DNA of 32,000 bases from Ktedonobacterales bacterium (GCA_030167145.1 CP126532.1:3540001-3572000), one strand, 5' to 3'. Positions 4,863 through 14,016 are shown, numbered from the stretch's first letter. Notes: a model not told the origin generated them from the letters alone. Numbers and translations: made by a program.

Positions 4863-6179
4863 ATGACAGCCGATGACTTGCGAGGGGACACGAGCACTCA
4901 GCCAGCCGAGGATACGCAACCAGCGCGGCTGCCTGCGGGCGCGGCGCACCGCCGGTGGGGGATGGCCCGCATGCTGTTGGTGGTGAGCGCAGCGCTTCAG
5001 GTCGTGACGTTTTCTCTTCCTTGGGAACACGTCAACATCGTAGGCGCCCACATTGCGCTTGATTACAGTGTATCCACATTTATCACTGATGTCCCGGTCA
5101 ATGAGGTCCTCTACGCTTTTCGATCAGTAGGACTAGCTACACCACACCCGATGCTTGCGGCAGTCTTCTGGGATGTGTTCTGGAGGGGCGCGTTGCTCTT
5201 TATCGGCTTTTGGCTTGTGCTGGCATTCTGCCTTGCAAAGCGATGGGCGCTCCGCTGGTTGCTTGCGGTGCTGTATGGACTGTGGCTGGTTTATACGACG
5301 GTGCTAGCGCTGTCTTTCATCATGACGGCTCATGCAATCAATACCGGAACATATGCGGTGTCGAATCATCCGGCGTGGTGGGAGCAATATGTGCGTGTCG
5401 TCGTGACACTGTTCGGGGAAAGGCCCAGTTACAACCCCACCTCCCCAGCGTGGGGATTTTGGCTCTACGTCGGGGCGCTGGCGATGTGCTGGCTGGCGCT
5501 GGGACTGACGATCACTGCGCTGTTACGCAGCCGGAGCGCGGCGCGGGCTGTGAGTGACGAGCCGAAACGCGCGCGAAAGCTGCCAATTGCGGCCATTCTG
5601 GTGACGGTTGGGGCTGTGGTCTGGCTGGCGAGTGTTGTGGCGCTGCCGATGGCGGTGGCGGATTGCGGCAGACCGCTTGTGCCATGGGCAACAGGTGAAG
5701 CGCGGCGGGTCTGCCAGGCTAACTCGGCGATATATCCCTTCCAGTTGAGCGCATATAGCTTCTTCCTAGACCCCATGCCGGTGCTGGCAAACACCTCCTT
5801 TCTGCGGGGGGATGCCTACAGCCCTGGTAGCAGGATTCTTGGCGTGATTGGTTATTTCCGCAATTTTGGACTGCTGGTGCTGGCGATGTTCGCGACGCCG
5901 CTGGCGTTGGTGGCGGTGTGGCAGGCGCGGGCAACACGGGGACGGGTTGTATGGCTCTCGGCCTGGGCGGTGGTAGTTCTTGGTGAGACAGGGTTCCTGC
6001 TGCATTTGACGACGGAGGTGCTCTCGACGAACTTGCACCCGATATTCGCTGAGGGCATCGGGCTGGGGGCGGTGCTGGCGCCGCTGGGTGCGGCGCTGAT
6101 CGTGGCGGGGGTGGCGCTGAAGTGGCTCCAGATGCGTCGAGATGGTGTGGGCGCAGTGCGGGGCGATACAGCAGCGTAG
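4863..6179 (+). CDS. Polytopic membrane protein of unknown function (438 aa)
   Basis: I moved the start to ATG 4863, which follows GGAGGAGGGG. A possible -10 (TATAACT) lies at 4821-4827. The protein has many hydrophobic helices (MLLVVSAALQVVTF.., LLFIGFWLVLAFCLA.., etc.) and no motif I recognise. By eye, 5040-5400 is locally lower in GC. Confidence 0.7.
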   Translation: MTADDLRGDTSTQPAEDTQPARLPAGAAHRRWGMARMLLVVSAALQVVTFSLPWEHVNIVGAHIALDYSVSTFITDVPVNEVLYAFRSVGLATPHPMLAAVFWDVFWRGALLFIGFWLVLAFCLAKRWALRWLLAVLYGLWLVYTTVLALSFIMTAHAINTGTYAVSNHPAWWEQYVRVVVTLFGERPSYNPTSPAWGFWLYVGALAMCWLALGLTITALLRSRSAARAVSDEPKRARKLPIAAILVTVGAVVWLASVVALPMAVADCGRPLVPWATGEARRVCQANSAIYPFQLSAYSFFLDPMPVLANTSFLRGDAYSPGSRILGVIGYFRNFGLLVLAMFATPLALVAVWQARATRGRVVWLSAWAVVVLGETGFLLHLTTEVLSTNLHPIFAEGIGLGAVLAPLGAALIVAGVALKWLQMRRDGVGAVRGDTAA

Positions 6180-6197
6180 CCTGCGCCAGCTTTATTG

Positions 6198-6332
6198 TTT
6201 TCGCCGCGGATGGCAATTGCCGAAATGGCCCGTGTGGCGCATGCATGGGTGCGTGTTCTTCGCGGGAGGATTGGTCGCATCCAAGCAGTGTAGCATGCCA
6301 GGGCAGGTGAGGGATGTGGTCAGATGCGGTCG
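6198..6332. repeat. Compact paralogue (module B) of the 4388-4763 repeat/promoter module
   Basis: The landmarks appear in the same order as in module A: TTTTCGCCGCGG (6198), AATGGCC, GGGAGG, CGCAT, AGTGTAGCATGC (6287), AGG..GCAGGTG, ATGTGGTCA (6314), TGCGGTCG (6325). Confidence 0.5.
6287..6295 (-). promoter_or_regulatory. Orphan extended -10 element TGCTACACT, antisense to the 3' end of the membrane-protein gene
   Basis: Same 12-mer GCATGCTACACT as at 4688..4677. No minus-strand CDS lies downstream. The transcript would run into 6179 and below. Confidence 0.35.
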
Positions 6333-6345
6333 TAGCTGGACGGCG

Positions 6346-7188
6346 CTAGGTGCTACGGTGTGCTTGTTGGGATGGGTGGAGGCCTGCTGTTGCAGCTTCG
6401 CGCAGGCGCAGAAGTAGGGCGCGGTGGGCCGCGGAGAGCTGCAACGTGTTTGCGGTGATGCGGTCGAGGTCGTTTTCCAGCAAGGTGATGATGTGGAGCA
6501 GGCAGCGACGGATGTCGGATGCGTCGTGTCTGGGGAGGGTGGTGGCGAAGGAGGCGCTGAGGTCGTCTGAGGCGGTGGACTGGAAGAGATGAAGTGGGCG
6601 AGGGGCGTTGCGCGAGTAGCCATAAAGCTCGAAGAGACGTGAGCGGGCTTCGTTGAGGGATTCGATGGCGAACCAGAGATGAGCGCGTTCGAGATTGGCA
6701 TCCACTTCTACGAGGTCGCGGATACAACGGTCCAGCAGGACAGGAAGGGAGAAAGCTTCCAGGCGGCTGTTGGCGCGGCCAGCGGCGGCGATAGTGTCAG
6801 CGTCAATGCGCCCCCAGAGCAGGCGCATGCTTGCGACGATACTAGGGCTGGTGGTAGCAAGCGGATGATAGCGGACGGAGAACTGTGTGAGGGAGGCAAG
6901 CACGATGTCGCCTTCGTCGGTGCGTTTGGGAATGATGAGGGCGGCGTGCTCGCCAATTGAAGTGAAGGTGTCGCAGAGGCGCTGTAGCTCGGCGGTGGGG
7001 TCGAGGGAAGCGCCATCTACGAGGACGATATCGAGATCGAGGTCAGAGCGGGGATGCCAGTTGCCACGGGCGAGCGAGCCGAAGAGGATGACGGCGAGCA
7101 CGCGCGGGTCGGACTGGTAGTGTGTGACAATGGCGCGGAGCAGGCGCTGATGTGCAGGCGAGCCGGGGTAGGGAGGCGTTAGCGTCAT
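6346..7188 (-). CDS. Pol-beta superfamily nucleotidyltransferase, two-domain (KNTase/ANT-like)
   Basis: The start ATG 7188 follows AGGAGA. LFGSLARGNWHPRSDLDLDIV gives the GS-x-x-RG ... DxD nucleotidyltransferase signature, followed by a helical C-terminal domain. The track ORF (6346..7584) is over-extended at its 5' end. Confidence 0.75.
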   Translation of the reverse strand: MTLTPPYPGSPAHQRLLRAIVTHYQSDPRVLAVILFGSLARGNWHPRSDLDLDIVLVDGASLDPTAELQRLCDTFTSIGEHAALIIPKRTDEGDIVLASLTQFSVRYHPLATTSPSIVASMRLLWGRIDADTIAAAGRANSRLEAFSLPVLLDRCIRDLVEVDANLERAHLWFAIESLNEARSRLFELYGYSRNAPRPLHLFQSTASDDLSASFATTLPRHDASDIRRCLLHIITLLENDLDRITANTLQLSAAHRALLLRLREAATAGLHPSQQAHRST

Positions 7189-7499
7189 GGTGCTATCTCC
7201 TGGGATGGCGGCACAACGGCATGGATGCCCATTCCAGTGTCGCATGCGGTCGGTAGCAGCGGCGCGCAGATTTCTGACGCAAGAGCGCCGGAGGTGAGAT
7301 TGCGGACGTGCGTGCAGGTGGCGAGTCAGCGTGCGTGATTCCCAATCCGAAGAGCGGCGGTGGGAAACGCTGGCCCAGGATGTGCAATTGAATCCACGCA
7401 TGATGTTGCTCAGATAGGTGCGCTCGTCCGGCGCGCTTGCGTCTATTGAGTGCAAACTGAGCACGGCAGTGTTGACTACAGTGGATACCCACAACGGAG

Positions 7500-7991
7500 A
7501 TGAGCATGAGCGAAGCACGAGCAACAGAAAACCGAGCGGAGCAAGGGCGCACGGATCAATCGGTACAGCGTCAGACGGCGCCAAGTAGTATGGCGCTTCC
7601 GGCGGGGCGTATCGTGGACGCAGACGGCAAGGGCAAGACGCGCATCTCCAATGGCGTCGTCGCCAAGATCGCCGGTATTGCCGCGCGTGAGGTTGAGGGT
7701 GTCCACGAGCTATCGGCCAGCGGACTGACCAACCTGACCAGCCGCATCACCCGCAGCGATACGCGGGCGGTGGGCGTCAGTGTGGAGGTGGGCGAGCGCG
7801 AGGCCGCCGTGGACCTGGCGACAATCATGGACTACGGGGTGAGCATCCCGCAGGTGGCCGAGGCGGTGCGCCGTAACGTGATGGATCGCATCAACAGCAT
7901 GACCGGGCTGGTTGTAAAGGAAGTCAACATAGACGTATCCGATCTTTATTTCGCGGAGGATGAGACGAGCGGCCAGCCGCGTGTCCAGTAA
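7500..7991 (+). CDS. Asp23/Gls24 family envelope stress response protein
   Basis: GKTRISNGVVAKIAGIAAREVEGVHEL...VGVSVEVGEREAAVDL...IPQVAEAVRRNVMDRINSMTGLVVKEVNIDVSDL is the classic Asp23 pattern. ATG 7506 is an alternative start. Confidence 0.85.
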   Translation: MSMSEARATENRAEQGRTDQSVQRQTAPSSMALPAGRIVDADGKGKTRISNGVVAKIAGIAAREVEGVHELSASGLTNLTSRITRSDTRAVGVSVEVGEREAAVDLATIMDYGVSIPQVAEAVRRNVMDRINSMTGLVVKEVNIDVSDLYFAEDETSGQPRVQ

Positions 7992-8551
7992 TGCGAGGTG
8001 ATGTGAGCGCATCGCCTCGCCCGCCGCGACGCGGCACCCATTGCCAGCCGCGCCCATCGTCGCATCCGATGCCACGGGCGCGGCATCGGCCAGCAGCCAG
8101 GGACATGATCGCCATGGGGACTTCATCACCTGCGCCAGTACGCGCGAAAGCGGCCAGCGCCACATCAAAGCGCGGCCGTACATCGCTCAGCCCCGTCGCG
8201 CTCGCGCAGGCGGTGATTCAGGCGGCGAGCGCCGTACCAGGGGTTGCAAGTGTGCGTTCGCGCGGGGCGGGTCTCGCGGCGACCTACGGCCCACACGCGC
8301 GTGTTGCAGGGGTCGCCATTGCTCATCCCACGCCGAACCAGCTCGCCATTGAGCTTCACATCATCGTCTCACTGGCTGACATCTCTCCGCCAGCGAGCGG
8401 CAGCGCGCAAGGCGCAGCCGCGCAGGGCGGGCAAGACATGCCCGTGTTGCTTGACATCGCGAGCCAGGTGCGTGGCGCGGTCTACAAGGCGATGCGCCGC
8501 CATGGCGAGCGACCGATTACCGTGGATGTTTGCATTGATGACCTGCAATGA
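7991..8551 (+). CDS. Asp23-like domain protein (second gene of the operon); start uncertain
   Basis: AVIQAASAVPGVASV...VAGVAI...LAIELHIIVSL...LDIASQVRGAVYKAMRR...ITVDVCIDDL. ATG 7991 overlaps the upstream TAA (TAATG). An alternative ATG lies at 8105. Confidence 0.6.
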   Translation: MRGDVSASPRPPRRGTHCQPRPSSHPMPRARHRPAARDMIAMGTSSPAPVRAKAASATSKRGRTSLSPVALAQAVIQAASAVPGVASVRSRGAGLAATYGPHARVAGVAIAHPTPNQLAIELHIIVSLADISPPASGSAQGAAAQGGQDMPVLLDIASQVRGAVYKAMRRHGERPITVDVCIDDLQ

Positions 8552-8599
8552 TGCCGCCTGTGCCGGGCGTCGGCGGTCGTAGCGCGGAGGGGGCGTCGC

Positions 8600-9175
8600 A
8601 TGAACCTATTCAATCGCATCGCTATGGCTATCGTCGGCCTCATCCTGCTGTTCGTCGGCGTCATTGGCATCCTGCTTGTCAATGATGTCATACGCCCCAC
8701 CGGCTTGAACTTCCTGTTGCTCTACAATTTCGCGCTCTTCATCGCAGCGCAGCGCGGGGCGGGATATGGCGTGACGCTGACAGTGACCATTATTCTCGCG
8801 GTCGCCGGGCTGGCGATTCTGGTTTTTGAGCTGTGGCCGCGCGGGCGCGAAGCGGCGCGCTATGTGGTGCGGGAGGATAACCTGGGCACGGTGACGGTTG
8901 AGCGTTCGAGCGTCGCTGATCTGGTGCGACACGAGGCCAAGAGCATGCCCGGCGTGCTGGAGGTGCAGCCGCAGGTGTCGAATGGACCAGATGGGCTGCA
9001 TGTCTTCACGCGCGCCACCGTTGAACCGGAGTTCGAGGCTCCCGTGCTCGGACACGAGATGCAAGAGCGCATCAAAACGTCGGTCCAGACGCATATGGGT
9101 TTGCAGGTGGCAGAGGTGCGCATCGCCACCCAAACAGCCCCACTTGACCGGCGCAAGCGCCGCCGTGTGGCCTAG
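8600..9175 (+). CDS. Alkaline shock response membrane anchor protein (AmaP-like)
   Basis: GGAGGGGG lies upstream of the start. The protein has N-terminal TM helices followed by GTVTVERSSVADLVRHEAKSMPGVLEV...VAEVRI. Its operon position after the Asp23 genes fits this call. Confidence 0.7.
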   Translation: MNLFNRIAMAIVGLILLFVGVIGILLVNDVIRPTGLNFLLLYNFALFIAAQRGAGYGVTLTVTIILAVAGLAILVFELWPRGREAARYVVREDNLGTVTVERSSVADLVRHEAKSMPGVLEVQPQVSNGPDGLHVFTRATVEPEFEAPVLGHEMQERIKTSVQTHMGLQVAEVRIATQTAPLDRRKRRRVA

Positions 9176-9224
9176 TGGCTGAGCGCGCGAATCGTCACGA
9201 CAGCGTGTGAAGGGATGAGCAGCT

Positions 9225-9416
9225 ATGCAATCGAACAGGGTTCTTGGTCTGGCTGTCGGCGTCGTGCTCGGCATTGTGTGGGCATGGCTGGGCTTTGGCG
9301 CGGTGCTGCTGGTGGCGGCGCTGGGCGCGGTAGGCTGGCTCATCGGTGGTATCGCCACTGGCGAGGTGGATGTGGTCAGCATTTGGGAGGGCCTGCGTGG
9401 CGGCAGCGGCGCCTGA
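9225..9416 (+). CDS. Small integral membrane protein (DUF2273-like)
   Basis: 63 aa with two TM helices (GLAVGVVLGIVWAWLGFGAVLLVAALGAVGWLIGG). It is the usual last member of Asp23 operons. Confidence 0.65.
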   Translation: MQSNRVLGLAVGVVLGIVWAWLGFGAVLLVAALGAVGWLIGGIATGEVDVVSIWEGLRGGSGA

Positions 9417-9450
9417 CCAGGGTAGCAGTGGCGGATGACGTGGAGCGGCG

Positions 9451-9942
9451 TCAATTAGGCGGATTCGCTGAAGGCACGGGCGCTTGCGCCTGGTGTTTGC
9501 GGTAGTAGCTCTGGCCGATCAGGCCGCCGAGCGCGCCCAGACCCGCGCCGAAGCCAGCGAACATACAGCCGAAGATCAGCATGAAGATAAGGGTAATGAT
9601 GAGCGATCCTATCAGGTCGGAGGCATGAAGCTGACCTTTTGCTAGCAATGTGGCTGGCGAGAACAGGGCGATGCCCACGCCTGCCCCGAAGCCAGAGATA
9701 ACGCCGGAGAGGACGGCGGACCCGATACTGCCGGTGCGTTGCGCCGTCAGGTGGCCGGACTCGACGAGTAGGCCAAGGATGGCGAGGAAGGCGACGCAGG
9801 CGCCAAGCGACAAGCCCGCGTCGGTGCTATGGGTGGCGGCGCTGAAGGCGATGAGCAGGGCGATGATGAGACCGACGCCGAGTGTGACACCGCCCAGGAT
9901 CAGTCCAATACGAACCGCGATACCATCTGTTATCCGTGGCAT
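9451..9942 (-). CDS. Gly-rich four-TM membrane protein, unknown family
   Basis: The start ATG 9942 follows AAGGAG. The sequence reads MPRITDGIAVRIGLILGGVTLGV... The track ORF (to 10326) is over-extended. Confidence 0.6.
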   Translation of the reverse strand: MPRITDGIAVRIGLILGGVTLGVGLIIALLIAFSAATHSTDAGLSLGACVAFLAILGLLVESGHLTAQRTGSIGSAVLSGVISGFGAGVGIALFSPATLLAKGQLHASDLIGSLIITLIFMLIFGCMFAGFGAGLGALGGLIGQSYYRKHQAQAPVPSANPPN

Positions 9943-10098
9943 GGATGCTCCTTGATGCTGATTATAGGTGCTGGCGGCTTCATCTGACCTACCAGCGACC
10001 AGTATACACCTCAGCCATTGATCATCGGCTGAAAGACCAGCCATTTTGCCGTGGCCGCGCGGCGTCTTCGCACGCCTTATTGTGTGTGGAGAGTGGAG

Positions 10099-10107
10099 TG
10101 CTATGCT
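10099..10107 (+). promoter_or_regulatory. Extended -10 element TGCTATGCT upstream of cls
   Basis: TGn + TATGCT, about 90 nt upstream of ATG 10197. Confidence 0.35.
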
Positions 10108-10196
10108 GCATATATACGTGTGAGCGCGAGACGCGCGAACGTCTGGTAGCGCGTGCGAATGGATACGCTGCGCCGCGCTGAGAGGAGGGTACGTAC

Positions 10197-11471
10197 ATGG
10201 GAATCGTGTCGCGTGTGCGCGCCGTCCTGCGCTTCTGGCGCAGTCGCATTCCGCTTTGGCGGATGTTCTTCGGGGTGGTGGGGGTGCTCTTCGCGCTGCA
10301 AGCGGCGACGGTGGCGGTGCTCTCAATTATCGTCGCGCGGCGGCGCGAGCAGCGGCGGCCTATCCGCGGGTTCCCGTATCTGACGCTGCCAGAGGTGGGG
10401 GTAGGCACGAACCGCCTGCGCATCTATAGCTACGGCGACGAACTCTATGATGCGATGATCGCCGCCATCGAGTCCGCCAAGGAGCGCATCTATTTCGAGA
10501 CGTACCTCTGGAAGGATGACGAGGTGGGCCGCCGCTTCAAGGAACGCCTGCATCGCAAGGCGCTGGAAGGTGTCGAGGTGTATGTGATCTTCGATGGCTT
10601 CGGCAATCTGGTGGTGGACCGCGCATTCAAGCAGTTTCCTCCGGAAATCCGCACGATGCGCTACCGGGCGATTCAGCGCTTCGCGCATATCTTCGATCCG
10701 CGCCGCTATGCGCTGGATCACCGCAAGCTGTTGGTGGTGGACGGGCGGATCGCGTTCATCGGTGGCTACAACATCGGCAACCTCTACGCGACGGAATGGC
10801 GTGATACGCATCTGCGGATTCGCGGGCAGGCGGCGGCGGACTTGGCGGATTCGTTTCTGGAGTTCTGGAATAGCCACAGCCACCGCAAGCAGCGCATCCA
10901 GCGGCGGTATGGTCGGCGCTTCGATCCGCTGATCAACATCAAGAGCAACGACGCGCTGCGGCTGACGTTCCCGATTCGCGATATGTACATCGAGGCGATA
11001 GATCAGGCCGAGCGGTATATCTTGCTCACCAACGCCTATTTCATCCCCGACCATACGGTGCTGAGCGCGTTGAAGGCGGCGGTGGCGCGGGGGGTGGATG
11101 TGCAGGTGTTGCTGCCGTGGACCTCGAACCACATTCTCGCCGACTGGGCGGCGCGTGGCTATTTCACGGATTGCCTGAAGGGCGGCATTCGCATCTTTGG
11201 CTACAAGCGTGCGATGGTCCACGCGAAGACCTGCACGATTGACGGGCAGTGGTCCACCATCGGCACGGCGAACCTGGACCGGCTGAGTTCGATTGGCAAC
11301 TACGAGATCAACATGGAGATCTACAGCCCCGAACTGGCGCGGCAGATGGAGGACATCTTCGCCTGCGATAAGACGAACGCCTTTGAGCTAACGCTGGACC
11401 AGTGGATCAAGCGCCCGTGGTATGTGGAGATGAGCGAGCAGATTCTGGCGCCGCTGCGGCTGATGTTGTGA
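10197..11471 (+). CDS. cls: Phospholipase D family protein / cardiolipin synthase
   Basis: There are two HKD motifs: HRKLLVVDGRIAFIGGYNIG and HAKTCTIDGQWSTIGTANLDRLS. The protein has an N-terminal TM helix, and the RBS GAGAGGAGGG precedes the start. Confidence 0.85.
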   Translation: MGIVSRVRAVLRFWRSRIPLWRMFFGVVGVLFALQAATVAVLSIIVARRREQRRPIRGFPYLTLPEVGVGTNRLRIYSYGDELYDAMIAAIESAKERIYFETYLWKDDEVGRRFKERLHRKALEGVEVYVIFDGFGNLVVDRAFKQFPPEIRTMRYRAIQRFAHIFDPRRYALDHRKLLVVDGRIAFIGGYNIGNLYATEWRDTHLRIRGQAAADLADSFLEFWNSHSHRKQRIQRRYGRRFDPLINIKSNDALRLTFPIRDMYIEAIDQAERYILLTNAYFIPDHTVLSALKAAVARGVDVQVLLPWTSNHILADWAARGYFTDCLKGGIRIFGYKRAMVHAKTCTIDGQWSTIGTANLDRLSSIGNYEINMEIYSPELARQMEDIFACDKTNAFELTLDQWIKRPWYVEMSEQILAPLRLML

Positions 11472-11589
11472 CTGATCGGTCTGGGTGGGGTTCAGTATTC
11501 GAGAGATCCTCTGGTGTTCTTGCCAGTGTATCAGACCAGCGTGCTTTATCTGACAATTTCATGCTACATAATACACGCACGCGTCTCAA

Positions 11590-11609
11590 GCATTAAGTTG
11601 CATTAAGTT
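11590..11609. repeat. Tandem 10-mer GCATTAAGTT x2
   Basis: Copies at 11590-11599 and 11600-11609, abutting the -35 of the next promoter. The segment is AT-rich. Confidence 0.8.
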
Positions 11610-11638
11610 TTGACATGTTGCGATAATTATGCTAGACT
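11610..11638 (+). promoter_or_regulatory. Promoter of the excisionase-like gene
   Basis: TTGACA (11610-11615), a 17-nt spacer, then TAGACT (11633-11638) preceded by TGC (extended -10). Confidence 0.55.
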
Positions 11639-11672
11639 TGGCCTGAAATGCGAGTGAAAGCGAGGCGCAACG

Positions 11673-11888
11673 ATGAGCGCAGAACTGGATTTGACGGTTG
11701 AAGAGGTCGCACGGCGCCTGGGGATTGCGGAAGAGTCCGTGCGGCGCTATCTGCGCTCGGGCAAGTTGCGTGGCTATCGCGCTGGTGGAGTGAAGGCGGG
11801 CTGGCGTGTGCAAGCGCAAGACCTCGAAGCCTTCAAGGCAGCGCGTATGAACATCGCGCTGACGCAAGAAGAAAGGCCAGCGCCCTGA
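11673..11888 (+). CDS. Excisionase-family helix-turn-helix DNA-binding protein
   Basis: LTVEEVARRLGIAEESVRRYLRSGKLRGYRAGG..WRVQAQDLEAF matches the excisionase/MerR-like HTH pattern. Confidence 0.7.
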   Translation: MSAELDLTVEEVARRLGIAEESVRRYLRSGKLRGYRAGGVKAGWRVQAQDLEAFKAARMNIALTQEERPAP

Positions 11889-11968
11889 TACGACGCTGGC
11901 CAGGGGCGTGAGCACGCGAAAGAGAGTCGTCCGCGCGAGTGTAGCGCAGTGACATGAGGGGGCACGAC

Positions 11969-12859
11969 ATGAGCAACAGCGATGATCGGCGAGACGATGT
12001 GACGGCGCTGGAACTGCTCGACGAGCAGGCCGAGACCCAGGTGCGGCGAGTGTGGCATGAGGGGCGCTGGTTCTTCAGCGTGATTGATGTGGTAGGGCTG
12101 CTGACCGATGCGCCAAAGCCCCGGATGTATTGGGCTGATATGAAATGACGGATCCAAGACGAAGGGTTTGTTCAGTTGTTGGCAAAATGCCAACAACTGA
12201 ACATGAAGTCAGCCGATGGCAAACACTACCTCACCGATGCCGCCGACACGGAGACGCTGCCGCGTGCCATCCAGTCCATCCCCTCGCCGAAAGCTGAGCC
12301 ATTCAAGCAATGGCTAGCCCGCATCGGCACTGAGCGCCTCGCCGAACTTGACCAGCCAGAACTGGCGGCGGATCGCATGCGGCGCGACTACCAGCGCATG
12401 GGCTACAGTGATGAGTGGATCACCACGCGCATGAAGAGCATCATGACGCGCGACGAACTCACCGAGGAATGGCGCGAGCGTGGGGCGAAGCCCGGGCGCG
12501 AAGTCGGCATCGTGACCGAACTGCTGCACAGCGGCACATTCGGCATCACCACCAAAGATCATCAAGCGGTGAAGGGCATCAAGCCACGCGCCAGCCTGCG
12601 CGACAATATGACGCCGCTCGAACTCGCGCTGACCATCATCGGCGAAGCGACCGCCACGGAACTCCACCAGACACGCGACAGCCAGGGCATGCCTGCGCTG
12701 CAACGCGATGCGCAAGACGCTGGCGACGTGGCGGGCCGCACCCGGCGTGACATAGAGGCGCAGACCGGGCGTCCGGTGGTGAGCAGCGAGAACGCGAAGA
12801 CACTCACGGCGAAGGCCAAGCAGCCACAACTCTTCGGCGGCGATGAGGCGAGCATATGA
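11969..12859 (+). pseudogene. BRO-N / DinD-like (phage antirepressor-type) gene with one in-frame TGA at 12146-12148
   Basis: GAGGGGG lies 6 nt before ATG 11969. The translation RRVWHEGRWFFSVIDVVGLLTDAPKPRMYWADMK is followed by TGA. The same frame continues RIQDEGFVQLLAKCQQLNMKSADGKHYLTDAADTETLPRAIQSIPSPKAEPFKQWLARIGTERLAE... Track ORFs 11954..12148 and 12176..12859 are in the same frame (222 nt apart). Family members I recall read straight through this position (YW..LK.RL..EG). Confidence 0.7.
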
Positions 12860-12969
12860 CTGCCTATGGCTACATTCCCTGTCACGCGCCAGGATGCGCG
12901 AACAAGGGCGACACACAGAACATGGAATCACTGGCCCGCTCAGCGCTAGCCACCTACCAGCTACACATC

Positions 12970-14016
12970 CTAGTGACCCACCTGGCGTCGTGCATCCTCA
13001 GCGCGCATGGCCGCCAGCGAGGCGATGAGGGCCAGCGCGGCGCACAGCCCCGGCCCCACGCTCAGGATCACTGTGTACAAGCCGATGGAGAAGGGGGTCA
13101 CAAGCTCAAGCTCAAAGGGAACCGCGTACATCAGGGGCAGAGCGGAGTTCGCCGCAGCGCCCAGCGGCAGCAGGAGGCTCCCACCCCACACCAGCAGTCG
13201 CCCAGCAGGCACCCCATGTCGGCCATGCAGGTAGGCCCCACCGGCCACCACAGCCGCCACCACCAGGAAGGCGAGGATGAACAGGGAGATGCGGGGGGAC
13301 TGGCGAACGAAGTTGCCTAACCCGTCCGTCATACTCACCAAGCCAGCATAGATAACATGGTCGCCACTCCCACCATCTGCACGTAGAGGAGCGAACAGCC
13401 AGATGGCCCAGGTCAGCAGGGCGATGGCGAACGCGGCGATGCCGGAGATGACTTCGAGCCATGCGGGACGTACTGCCATCGTACCCTCCCTTCTCGCTCC
13501 CTCCCTCGATTGACGTCGTGCATCCTCAGCGCGCATGGCTGCCAGCGAGGCGATGAGGGCCAGCGCGGCGCACAGCCCCGGCCCCACGCTCAGGATCACT
13601 GTGTACAAGCCGATGGAGAAGGGATCCACACGCGCGGATATGAAAGGATTCATGTACATCACGGGCAGAGTGGCGATTGCGGAGGCGCCCAGCGGCAGCA
13701 GGAGGCTCCCACCCCACACCAGCAGTCGCCCAGCAGGCACCCCATGTCGGCCATGCAGGTAGGCCCCACCGGCCACCACAGCCGCCACCACCAGGAAGGC
13801 GAGGATGAACAGGGAGATGCGGGGGGACTGGCGAACGAAGTTGCCCAGGCCAGCCTCACTATCCACCAGGCTTATGTAGAAAAATCGAGGGCAAGAGCCG
13901 CAAATCTCACGCACTCCATAGACTGGGGCGAACAGCCAGATGGCCCAGGTCAGCAGGGCGATGGCGAACGCGGCGATGCCGGAGATGACTTCGAGCCATG
14001 CGGGACGTACTGCCAT
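12970..14016 (-). CDS. Tandemly duplicated four-TM membrane protein, two ~170-aa units fused in frame
   Basis: The 348-aa ORF starts MAVRPAWLEVISGIAAFAIALLTWAIWLFAP at both ATG 14016 and ATG 13479. Each is preceded by the same GGGAGGG RBS. The lower unit alone (12970..13479) could be translated separately. Confidence 0.65.
   Translation of the reverse strand: MAVRPAWLEVISGIAAFAIALLTWAIWLFAPVYGVREICGSCPRFFYISLVDSEAGLGNFVRQSPRISLFILAFLVVAAVVAGGAYLHGRHGVPAGRLLVWGGSLLLPLGASAIATLPVMYMNPFISARVDPFSIGLYTVILSVGPGLCAALALIASLAAMRAEDARRQSREGARREGTMAVRPAWLEVISGIAAFAIALLTWAIWLFAPLRADGGSGDHVIYAGLVSMTDGLGNFVRQSPRISLFILAFLVVAAVVAGGAYLHGRHGVPAGRLLVWGGSLLLPLGAAANSALPLMYAVPFELELVTPFSIGLYTVILSVGPGLCAALALIASLAAMRAEDARRQVGH

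Noticed and set aside
4630-6295. Small ORFs starting at the ATG inside GCATGCTACACT (18 aa MLHFSHAVPTSHRNEQCA from 4686, and 34 aa MLHCLDATNPP... from 6296, both minus strand).
   Set aside because: Neither has a Shine-Dalgarno sequence. The related pit-promoter copy reads GTACTGCTACACT without an ATG, so the conserved part is the extended -10 rather than a start codon. The same 11-mer at 22354..22344 is a coincidence inside the start of a CDS.
2507-12148. An alternative genetic code with TGA as sense, to explain the two in-frame TGAs.
   Set aside because: TGA terminates many well-delimited genes here at family-typical lengths: the Asp23-like gene, the DUF2273-like gene, cls, the excisionase-like gene, the YafY regulator, the ALDH and the M29 aminopeptidase. 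The standard code therefore applies.
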